Assembly: GCF_000143415.4 (NCBI RefSeq)
Contig: NW_003314400.1
Coordinates: 248,001-312,000, forward strand
Source of the DNA: Selaginella moellendorffii
Lineage: Eukaryota; Plantae; Lycopodiophyta
DNA length: 64,000 nucleotides
Direction: 5' to 3'
Of this stretch, positions 37,353 to 48,161 are shown in pieces. The first letter of the stretch is position 1. Each line of letters opens with the position of its first letter. Both the position numbers and the translations under genes were made by a program. The notes under the pieces were generated by a model. That model had not been told where the DNA came from, did not search any database, and was given only the letters and a program-made list of their open reading frames with translations.

Positions 37353-38338
37353 TTACTTTTTGACAAAATCTTTGACCACTGACATGATAGAGTGAACTAA
37401 GTTCTTGGGCATTGAGAAAAATGGAGAGTGGTCTGAATGAAGCTCTAGAACCTTTTGCGGAGGATTCTGCTTGATCATGTCCTCTTGACGTCTCAGTGGA
37501 ATGGTGCGGTCTTTCGTGGCTTTGATAAAGTAGCGAGGAATACTTCCATAGTTTGCTGCAGTGAAGCTCACGGCAGGGTCAAGAATCGGGAATGGCTTTA
37601 GAATCGATTTGGCAAGGACCACATCCTGTAAGTTGGAGAAAGATTACAAAGGAGAATTGACAACAGTAAAATTTATTACCTCTGGAGGAGATTTTTGGTA
37701 CAGAAGTTGTCGAGCAAACTGTAGCTTGAACGAAGAAGCAGCAGGTGTTGAAGAGGAGCTATTACGAAATAGAGGTGTCATATATTTTTGTAAACCTTGA
37801 GTAATCTGTAATATAGAATTATAAAATAGTAATAATTATTATTATTATAGTACCTGGCTGTAAGCTCGCCGAGCTTGAGTTGCATTCGAAGATAGCATAA
37901 GCGCAGTTACGAAAAAAGATCCAGAAATTCTCTCTGGAAACTTTTCCATGGCATATGTAAGTGAAAGACCTGCTAGACTATGCCCAACTAAAATCACCTG
38001 GAAATTTCATACAATTTACAGTCATTCCTTTGATAAAATAGATGTGTTACCTTTTCCTTTGGTGGAAGTGATTCAAGCAGTTGAACCAAAGGAACCGAGT
38101 AAGTCTCCAAGCTATCCACTGCAAGTGCATCCACACCACTCGTTCCAGCGCTGGTTAAATCCAGTGCATCCACTTTGTGGCCCTGTTCCTCAAGCTCTTG
38201 TGTGACTTTATACCAGCACCATGCTCCATGGCCAGCTCCATGCACTAGAACAAAGTGGAACTTACTAGATTCCTGGTTGCTTGCTTGTGCGAGGATCGCG
38301 CAGGCAAGGAGAGTCCAATAGATAAAGAGATGAACCAT
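37353..38338 (-). CDS. MES/SABP2-family hydrolase D with signal peptide (4 exons)
   Basis: MVHLFIYWTLLACAILAQA, FVLVHGAGHGAWCW, GHSLAG, TKDRTIP and SDHSPFFS. Confidence 0.9.
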
Positions 38339-39869
38339 TTGTGCCACTACTGTGTAGAAGAACCGTATAGAAGTAGAAGAGCGTAGAACAGATGGGCAAA
38401 ATATATTGTCACCAAGTCGTTCAGAAGTCTTTGTTGGAGAGGACCTCTAGTCTTTTTGACTGTAACTTTTTGACTTTGACTTACTTGACTATTGACTAGA
38501 ACTTACTGGATTTATGTTTGCTTGCTTGTGCAAGGATAACATAGGTAAGGAGAATAATGAGATTTGAGTTAAGGGCCAACCCATCCAGTGTATGAGGGGA
38601 ATTTTTTTGGTATATATGGAATTCAAAAACCATAACATGGAATTTTAGGGCAACTAAGCTCTTGTCCGATAAGCTTTTCAAGCTTGGATGTTTGGCTTCC
38701 TCCTTGGGCTCTTGTTGAAGAATCTGTTTGTTCTATATTTTTGCATAACTATTTCAAATTTTTGAAGTTTTTCCTGTAGCAAGTCCAACTTAATTCTTTG
38801 TTCATTTTCTTTTTGTTTCTCTCCAACTTTTGTGCTTCTTTCACTGCTGTTGTTTGTAAGTTGAAATTCTCCCATTAGCTCTTCTAATCAAACAATCTCC
38901 TGCATAAACTTCCTCAATTTTTGTGGCCTTTGCTGGCAGTAATGTATTCTAAGTTGTTCCATAGGGAAAACCTCTACCTCTCCCATGTTTGTAATTACTG
39001 TTGAGTTTACGTGAAAAATAACATTTGTGAGCTGAGCCATAAATTTCTTTCATTGTTGGCTAGTGAGGGGGAAATTTTCTTAGTGGTCATTTCCTCCCAG
39101 CGGTCCGCCTGTCAACCTATTGACTATCTCTGTAAGAATATTTAAATATTGTACTATAAACTTTTTTATCTCCATAAATTTGAAAAGGAATATAACGAGA
39201 ATCCAAAACTATTTTGTCAAGCTTTGAGCAGGCAAGTAAAAAGATGATACAATATGACGTGTATGCTCCACCAGGACAGAGATAACTAGAGCGTAGTCTA
39301 GCACTTGTTCCTGCGGTATAAAGCAAGTGTCCAAAAGTCTTTCAAGTAGAAAAGATCAAAGCGAAAGCTTACCGGCTTTGTGATTGAAAACTGGTTCATG
39401 ATATCCATGCATTGTCGGTCTTGTCCTCCTTTGCTGTGACTCCAGCAGCGCTTGGAGACGATTCATTGGAAGGAGCCGGAGGCTGGGAAGGCCTTCTTCT
39501 CTCGTGACAGAGCTCGAAACATCAAGCACATCCGTCGTCGTTGGCGATTAAGATCCTGACCATAAAAGCGGGATATATGTTCTCCAAGAAAAAGCATTCA
39601 GTTATGTGTAAGAGCACCAAATACTGAGTATACAATGAGCAACATATCGACAATTCAGGCAACGTAACATAAGCACTTGTGTATGTGAGGAAAAACACAT
39701 ACCAGCGGCAAGTTTGTATGAGATTCCAAGCTCTATAGCTGCAAAACCAGGGATCCAACACAGTGATGAGACAAGATGCTCTCGAAGTATGACGTGGTGC
39801 TGACAGGCACACGACATTACCATGGAAAATTCAGCGAAGAGAAAAAATCGACACCTGGGGATCAGAATG

Positions 39870-40447
39870 TGCCTAAGCCCAAGCTACACGTGGCAAAATC
39901 CAAACCACCCATGACGAGAACGTCTCCCATGTATGGCAAATCCGGGACTTTCGATTCCATGTGCGGGACCCAACGACGCTAGTTTTTGATCGAATTCCAG
40001 TGTGGGACGTGGTTTGCTTAAATTCCATTGTCATGGAATGTGATTATTTCGGTGTATGGAGATTTTCTCGAAGCAAAGAAGCTATTCGATAGGATGGAAC
40101 GAGATTCTCACAACAAAAGACTGATCAATCCAGACTCGACGATCGTTGCGCAGAGATCTTGATGGAGCACGAAAGTTCTTTGCGAGGACGACACCGTGTC
40201 ATGAGCAACACTTACCAACTCATTTGCGTAGCATGGCTGCACTATTCTAGCAACAAGGATGTCAAACTGCGATCAATCTCTTTGATTCAATGACCGTTTT
40301 TCTAACAAAGACAATACTCGTCAAGGAAAGAAGAGAAAGAACAAAAACGAGAAAGGAGAAAAGCTCGAGATTAACAATTTTGGGGAGGAATTAGAATATG
40401 ACAGGTGAGGAGAATTAGTCACGTAGCTATTTTTCTTCCGTGAGCTT
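39870..40447 (+). repeat. Dispersed repeat, second copy of 21661-22070
   Basis: Direct sequence match in blocks. Confidence 0.85.
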
Positions 40448-40585
40448 CGCAGCTTATAAAGTTCTTAAGTTCCATCCTTCGTATGTAAGTTCTTCACTAA
40501 ATTACCACTTTGTTCTATGTAAAGTTCTTCGCTATGTTTTTCTTCTGTGATTTTCACAAGATTTCTTGCAAGGTTTAGGGTTTAG

Positions 40586-41175
40586 GGAGGAGCTCTTGTT
40601 CCTCAGAGCTCACTGTAGCAATCGTTCCAGCAATCGAGCTCCACCTTTGTCTTGCGTGGAACTACCGGTTCTGGAAGCTCTCGGCGGTTTCCAGGCCTCC
40701 GCAGCTGGCGTACATGTCGAGCAGTGCGGTTGTGAGCACTGCATTGTCTTCCAGACCACCGGTCTCCAGAAGTTCCTGGTAGAGGAGCTTGCCTTGCACT
40801 GGAGCTGGAATATGCTTGAGCAGGCACTCCATCTGTAAGCAGTGACGCCATCCAGCTGCATTCTCGCGAAGAGCGACAGAGTCATCTCCAGATCCCCGAC
40901 TTGGGCGTGAGCCAAGACGATGGACGTCCAGGAGCTCACGTTCTTGCTCGCCATCTTTCAAAAATTTCCCGAACGCCCTCTAGTCTCCCAAGCTTGGCGT
41001 TCAGGAGCGAGTGCCACAAGGGTATGTTGGAAGCAAACTTGCTCTCTTCGATCAGTTGAGTGGCAATTACTTCTGGAAGATCTTTCTGACCAGAGCAAGC
41101 AAGAGCGAAGCAGAGAAATCAACAGTGACGCAAGTCACCGGAGATGGCTTTACTCGATCCAGCTCCATCCGTGTC
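40586..41175 (-). pseudogene. PPR fragment, duplicate of 10960-12130 with internal deletion
   Basis: GAGGAGCTCTTGTTCCTCAGAGCTC and TTCAAAAATTTCCCGAACGCCCTCTAGTCTCCCAAGCT are shared. Confidence 0.85.
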
Positions 41176-41898
41176 AACAGCAACAACGCCTCAACAAAAT
41201 GCCTATTCTGCGCAGAAGCAGAGACCACGAGAAAAGATCTCTGTTCCAGATGCCCGCAAACACTTTATATGCTAGATCAAGCTTGCCTGTAGTATCGTGT
41301 TTCCGACGAACTGGTCTTCAGCGCCTCGCTGAAACAAAGCTGTGCACGCAACGAATTTGTGCTAGACTATTCTCTTGTACGGACCATTTGAGAAGAGACA
41401 CAGAGGCTCTCGACACTGCCGGGTTGACATCCACGGTTCGCGAGTGATCTCCATATCTTCGCTTCCATCCAGGTCTCCATGAACTTGGCATTCACAGATT
41501 CGAATCCGCTGCAAACTCATCTAGCAGGATTGATGCATCCCATGACCAAGGAGCAAGCTCTAAACCAAGAACTCCCCAAGAACAATCTGTGGTCCTCCCC
41601 AATCAAAAATGGCTTGCGCTCGGTGAGCCCATCCGCAAACTTGTAGAGGCAATCTGTATAACATTTCTAGGGTTATATGGCAATAGCTTTCGTTCTTATC
41701 ATGGTCAACTCTTTAAAGTCTTGAATCTGGAAGGCTTCATGGGATCGCTTGCTGCCCGACACGTTGGCTTCAATGGTTTCTGACTAAGATCTAAGCCTGT
41801 TTTAAACCCTAGAATGCAAAAGGCTGCTTATATAGATATATTCCATGAGCCATTCTTCAAATAAATTGCTTATTTTGGTGCCACAAGGGATCTTGTTA

Positions 41899-42866
41899 TT
41901 AAGCCAGAGACAATAACAACCTCACCAAAGAATGTGGGGTGGAGAAGAATGGCGAGTGATCACTGTCAAGCGTTAAGACTTGGAATGGAGGGTTTTCATG
42001 AATCATTTGCTCTTGACGCGCCCGTAAAATCGTTCGATCCTGAAGAGTTTTGATGAAGTAACGAGGAACACGTCCATAGTTGGCAGAGGTGAAGTTCACG
42101 GCAGCATCGAACAGCGGGAATGGCTTAAGCAGTGATTTCGCCAAAACAACATCCTACTTACAGTACGTGAAAGTATCTGTTAATGCAAACTTCTAAACTT
42201 TGTTTCTTTACCTGTGAAGGAGATTTGTTATATAACACTTGTTGGGCGCGGTCTAGATTAAATGCAGCAGCCGTAGGTACCATGGAGCCATTTGAAAAGA
42301 TCATTTTCAAGTTGCCCGGAGTTCCCTTTCATAATGAAAGCAAAAAACATAAAATATAAAAATAAACATAGCCAATAAAAATAATTACCGGCTGGTTGAA
42401 GATTTCCCGAGCCCGAGTTGCATTGTGGGAAAACATAAAAGCAGCGAGATAAACAGCTTTGGAGATTCGGCCAGGAATTTTCTCCAAGGCGTATGTAAGC
42501 GTGATTCCTCCTAAGCTATGTCCGACCAAGATCACCTGAAAAAGCGAGAAACTCAAATTCGCCCAAAAACTTGCACAAACTTACTGTGTCATTCAGAGAG
42601 TCAAGCATCTGGATCAAAGGAGCCGAATAATTCTCCACACTACCAACAGTGGTAGCATCGACACTGCTCGTTCCAGCACTGACCAGATCCAATGTATCCA
42701 CTCGGTGACCGGATTGTTCCAACTCATTCGCGATTTTGTACCAGCACCACGCACCATGGCCAGCTCCATGAACAAGAACAAAGTGGTGTTTCTTGGCATC
42801 CACCGAGAATGGGAATTGGAGAAGAAAGAGAACAAATATGCCCAAGAAAACCGCAATGCATCCCAT
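41899..42866 (-). CDS. MES/SABP2-family hydrolase E with signal peptide (paralog of C)
   Basis: MGCIAVFLGIFVLFLLQF, HFVLVHGAGHGAWCW, GHSLGG, LQDRTI and SDHSPFFS. Confidence 0.9.
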
Positions 42867-42871
<5 letters not shown>

Positions 42872-42931
<60 letters not shown>

Positions 42932-43113
42932 AATGTAGTTGACGTGCATACCTTTTAAAACTTATGCGGTCCCATGCAAAAGAGAGTAGGAATGTAGGTG
43001 ACGCACATACCTTTCAAAACTTATGGTCCCATGCAAGACCCCACAGAGAGAGAGAGAGAGAGAGAGTAGAAATGTAGATGACGCGCATACCTTTTAAAAA
43101 CTTATGCGGTCCC
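42872..43113. repeat. (AG)~28 microsatellite followed by three copies of a ~45-bp unit interleaved with AG tracts
   Basis: AG run at 42872-42927, then TAG(A/G)AATGTAG.TGACG..CATACCTTT.AAAACTTATG..GTCCC three times. Confidence 0.9.
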
Positions 43114-44039
43114 CAAAGAGATCTAGTTTGACTTTAAAAAGAATATACTTAAACTTAATATATTTTTTACGAATATTCATTTGGGGCTGTTGAAAGAGCC
43201 GTGCATCAGCCGATTCGAAGAGCCAATTGAACCAGTTCAAGCAAGAGCACACTCACGCAACGATGCCATGGAAAAGACCACTCCTACCTTTCAAGAGAGG
43301 AGATGTGGTAGTTGCGATGCTCAATTCTTTCGAGGAGGAAAAGCTCTAGTTGCTCGACGATAAAAGACTCTCAGCTGCAGGCTTTGGAAGAAACCAGGAA
43401 CGTTGTCGGCCGAAGACCTTGCAAACTAGCTTAAGGACGTCCACGGCCTCCAAGAAGATTTCCTCCTTGTTCCTGGAAAAGTGCTACTCAGCCAACAAGT
43501 GATGGTTTGGCTTTGGCTACATCGTCTCTTAGAGCTGTTGAAGGACTATTATATATCAGCAGAGTTATCACGAGGCTCTTGGACTGCTGATTCTACTCAT
43601 TGTGGTTGTAGTACTCGATCGACTCAAATGTCGAACTGCTCTGGTATGGCGGATCAAATTCTGTTCACAGAGAATTGTAAACAAACAAAGATTTAGACTT
43701 TTATTTGCTTTTATTAACAGATATTTAACTGTAACTATGGACGTGTTCCTCGTTACTTCGTCAGAACTCTCCTGGATCGAGCGCAGTGGCTCGTCAAGAG
43801 TAAATTTCACGAAAACCATCTATTCCAAATCTTAACACTTGTCACTCGCCATTTGCTTTAGTGTTGCTATTGTCTCTGCTATGGAATAATCCAGCAAGAA
43901 GTTCGTGTCCAAGCGAAAAAGCTCCGGTCAGGAAAAGGCTATAGACAATAACTTCTGAACAACTAGTGACCATATATTTCACCACATTTTCAATACTTCT
44001 ATACAGTTTTTCTTGAGTGGCAGAATTTGTATTGCTACA

Positions 44040-45011
44040 ATGGTTCATCTCTTTATCTATTGGATTCTCCTTGCCTGCGCGATCCTCGCACAAGCAAGCA
44101 ACCAGGAATCTAGTAAGTTCCACTTTGTTCTAGTGCATGGAGCTGGCCATGGAGCATGGTGCTGGTATAAAGTCACACAAGAGCTTGAGGAACAGGGCCA
44201 CAAAGTGGATGCACTGGATTTAACCAGCGCTGGAACGAGTGGTGTGGATGCACTTGCAGTGGATAGCTTGGAGACTTACTCGGTTCCTTTGGTTCAACTG
44301 CTTGAATCACTTCCACCAAAGGAAAAGGTAACACATCTATTTTATCAAAGGAATGACTGTAAATTGTATGAAATTTCCAGGTGATTTTAGTTGGGCATAG
44401 TCTAGCAGGTCTTTCACTTACATATGCCATGGAAAAGTTTCCAGAGAGAATTTCTGGATCCTTTTTTGTAACTGCACTTATGTTCACTTCAAACGCAACT
44501 CAAGCTCGACAAGATTTCAACCAGGTACTGAATCCTGAATCATATTATTATTTTGTCATTTTATAATATTCCATATTGCAGATTTTTCAAGGAATTCAAC
44601 CATATATCACACCTCTATTTCGCAATGGCTCTTCTTCAACACCTGCTGCTGCTTCCTTCCGGCTAGAGTTTGTTCGAAAAGTTCTATACCATAAATCTCC
44701 TCCACAGGTGATCGTACTATGTCAATGCTCCTTCGTAATCTTTTCTATCATTACAGGATGTTGTCCTCGCCAAATCGATTCTAAAGCCATTCCCGGTTCT
44801 TGACCCTGCGGTGAGCTTCACCGCAGCAAACTATGGAAGTGTTCCTCGCTACTTTATCAAAGCCACGGAAGATCGCGCCATTCCACTGGAAAGGCAAGAG
44901 GACATGATCAGGAAGACTCCTCCGTTCAAGGTTCTAAAGCTTCCTTCAGACCACTCTCCATTTTTCTCAATGCCCAAGAGCTTAGTTCACTCTATCATGT
45001 CAGTGCTCTAG
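44040..45011 (+). CDS. MES/SABP2-family hydrolase F with signal peptide (inverted paralog of D)
   Basis: MVHLFIYWILLACAILAQA, GHSLAG, TEDRAIP and SDHSPFFS. Four exons with GT-AG introns. Confidence 0.9.
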
Positions 45012-45103
45012 CTCAAGAGACCAATTCAATGTCTCAAACAGTGCAAAGTTTTTTAAACTGTAACGAGTATACTCCGAATATCCGTTTAGGGTTCTTGAGC
45101 AAA

Positions 45104-45559
45104 ATGGGGAAGCTGGGCAGGATCTATCATCCCGGGTGCTCACAGGGCGATGCCAAGACGTACGCGCTGGCGATCGTCCGTGCGATCCAGGAATGCGGCG
45201 CGCTTACGTCGCATCAGCTGTGGGATCACGCCCAGGCCGAGGGGATTCGCACCAAGCGCCAACTGAAGCAATTCCTGCGGTGGATGAAGCAAGAGCACCT
45301 GGTGAGCACCGTCGAGCTTCCAGCCCATGGCGACAACCGCGTCTACAAGCTCCCGGACAGGATCCGCGACGATGCCATCTCTGGCGTGAGCGCTGCGGCG
45401 GGGAGGATCGAGACGCCGGAAAAGGAGTACAAGATTGATCTTGGCGAGATCTGGCTCAAGAACAATCCCCGCGAGCAGCTAACCAAGTACGAGCTCCGCC
45501 TCCAGGCGCGAGAGGAGAGGCGCGGCCTAGCTCCACTCATGCCTTTCTGGGATATATGA
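45104..45559 (+). CDS. Small winged-helix-like protein, resembles the plant mitoribosomal mL80 family
   Basis: AIVRAIQECGALTSHQLWDHAQAEGIRTKRQLKQFLRWMKQ resembles the recalled GPLT..W...GL.SKRHMK..LRWM motif. A telo-box-like TTAGGGTT lies at ~45087. Confidence 0.55.
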   Translation: MGKLGRIYHPGCSQGDAKTYALAIVRAIQECGALTSHQLWDHAQAEGIRTKRQLKQFLRWMKQEHLVSTVELPAHGDNRVYKLPDRIRDDAISGVSAAAGRIETPEKEYKIDLGEIWLKNNPREQLTKYELRLQAREERRGLAPLMPFWDI

Positions 45560-45725
45560 GAGAAGAGATCTGGCAGTTGCGATGCTCGATTCTTGTCGAG
45601 GAGAAAAAGATCTAGTTGCTCGACGATGAAAGACTCTCGCTTGCAAGCTCCGGAGATCTTGGAAGAACTTACGCAAGTCAGTATGATATGAAAGAGAAAC
45701 GAAAGAGAAGGTTCTCACCTTTGTT

Positions 45726-47798
45726 TTACTGGCTGGAAGTCTCGGTCCGGAATGTCTCTGCTGTGTTGCTCGATCCTCCAGTGTTGCTGCTGTGATCGAG
45801 CAACTTGAGGTTCCTGAGGCCAAAGTACCAGGGTGATTTTGTCGGGAGAGGGGCGAGCTTGAGGTAGCCAAGAAACATGGCCACGACTTCGCTCATGCTC
45901 GGCCGACTCGCCTCGTCTTCGTGCGTGCACAGCAGAGCAATGTGAATCGATCGCAGGGCCTCGGTTTGCGAGTAATTTTTCGATCGTAAGAGTTCCTTAT
46001 CCACGATCTCTTCCACATTTCCGCCTGGGTGAAACGACCATAACTGTGCAGGCAAGAAAAGGAAAACTTTTAAGTTCGTGCTTGAAAACTTTGCTCGAGA
46101 CATACCCATTCTAGGATCCCATCGTAGTTCGGTGATAATCTGGGATCCCGGCATTTCATCCCGCAGATGATCTCTAGAAGGAGCACCCCAAAGCTGAAAA
46201 CATCAGCTTTTACTGTTAATCGCCCGCCCATGGCATACTCTGGTGCCATATATCCACTGCAAACAGCCAAAGTTGAGAAACAAAAAAACTCATACTTTAC
46301 GGATTCCATACGTACTAGGTACCCGCAATTTTTGTATCCACTGAGGTCCTGTCTTGATCAAAGAGCTTCGAGATTCCAAAGTCTGAGATCTTAGGCGTCA
46401 GGTCTTTGTCGAGAAGTATGTTGCTAGCCTTTATATCCCGGTGAATTATCTGTATCTGAGACTCCTCGTGGAGATAAGCGAGTCCCCGTGCAACTCCAAT
46501 AGCAATATTGTATCGAGTTGGCCAGTCAAGGACAATCTTGCCATTGGAATCTTGCAAAGAACAGAATTTAACACTAGTCAGCAGCAGCAAAAATTCTCAA
46601 TGATAGAGACTTACTGTCAAAAGCACGATCAAGGCTCCCGTTGGGAAGATACTCGTAGACTAGCAATCTTTCATCGCCTTTGACGGAGTAGCCTCGCAGC
46701 CTGGTAAGGTTTCGATGCTGGATGCCGGTGATGATGTTAACTTCATTTACAAACTCCTGATTTCCTTGGCTAGAATGTAGAGACAATTTCTTCACTGCTA
46801 CTTCAGATCCGTCAGTCAGAACACCCTGCAATACGACAAAGATAAATCATATTTTTCATAACACCAGATTTACAATTACCTTGTATACTGGGCCAAATCC
46901 TCCTTGACCAAGCTTGTTTTGCTCGCCGAACTCCTTCGTTGCAAGCTTTAGCTCCTCATAATCGAAAGTGAGAGATCGTCCTTCAAAACTATCTGAAAAG
47001 CCAGGAACATTAATTGAAAATCACAGGCAAGTTTCTTATACCTCCAAATTCTCCATGTTGCCGCAGTGACGAGCTCTGATCATCCAAATGCCGATTTCGA
47101 CGACTTTTCGTCCGGAAGCAAAATACTAAAACCCCGACAGCAGCAGCCAAGGCTGCTACAGCACCGGCAGTTACCCCCACAATCACTCCTGTTCTCGAGG
47201 AGCTACCTTGAAATATAGAAAACGTTGTTTGAGTGTTACCAGTATATTTACTACTTCTATACCTTTGCGAGCTTCCGGGATTTCTGGAGGGATGGCTACT
47301 GGAGTTACCGCGGGCGACAAGTCTCCTGGCAGCTCATAACCTTCAAAAGAGAAAAAACAACAATCTTTTAAGATGGAAGAACAAGAACTTCCACAAACCT
47401 GGGATGAAATTGTAGTTCTCGAAGCGGAGGTAGCATCTATAGCTACTGCTGTTCACCCAATACTGCGCACCAACGGTGAGAGGAGCTGCTTCATCGATCC
47501 CATCCCTGGCAATGTTGAAACACTGGCCGCAATCTCCCTGGGACATGTTGTAGCACTCGCAGTAGCCAAAGACTGTGTCGGGATACTTGCCAAAGCCATA
47601 GCTCGCGGAGTCATTGCGAGGAACGGTCTTGAAGAGAAAGCCAAGAACCACATCGAGGTTTAGCTTGAAAGCGCTGCCTGGAGTGGTCTTGCGCGTGTTG
47701 GAGTAGACGATATTGGGGGAAATGCCCGAAGGCACGCTCGCAAAAACCCCGCGGCACAGGAACACGAGCAAGAACACAGCGACAGCCCTCCTCTCCAT
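45726..47798 (-). CDS. Cysteine-rich receptor-like kinase with a single DUF26 (sdCRK)
   Basis: Signal peptide, one DUF26 ([15 protein letters not shown]...CYLRFE), a TM segment, and kinase motifs [26 protein letters not shown] and YMAPEY. Confidence 0.92.
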
Positions 47799-48161
47799 CT
47801 TCAAGAACAAAGAAAGAAGATTTCATCGATCGATCGATCGAACTGGAGTACCATACCTCGAAATATCACCGCCGCCTACATTCGCCAGGCTCCATCGATG
47901 CCGCGATCGCCGCCGCCGATCGGCGCTGTGCGCGATAAGATCTCCCGCCGCCGCCGGAAGAACAAAACCTACGATGACAACGCTGGAGGAAGTGCCCGGC
48001 ATTTTCTTTCTTTTCTACTCGGTTGTCAGCTAATACTAGTATTTTAAAGGGCTCGTTGACGGAATCTCACACGAGTAACAGAATATCCAAGACTAAGTAG
48101 TTAACAGAATATCCACATCTTGCGATTAGAATCTTCTATTTGTTAGATAGTTTGTTGTTAG

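Noticed and set aside
38678-39500. AT-rich minus-strand ORF scraps (coiled-coil-like)
   Set aside because: No recognisable domain and multiple stops, so I cannot support a call.
47343-47798. Single DUF26 ectodomain as a novelty
   Set aside because: Single-DUF26 CRKs are already known from early-diverging land plants. I used it only as a taxonomic clue.
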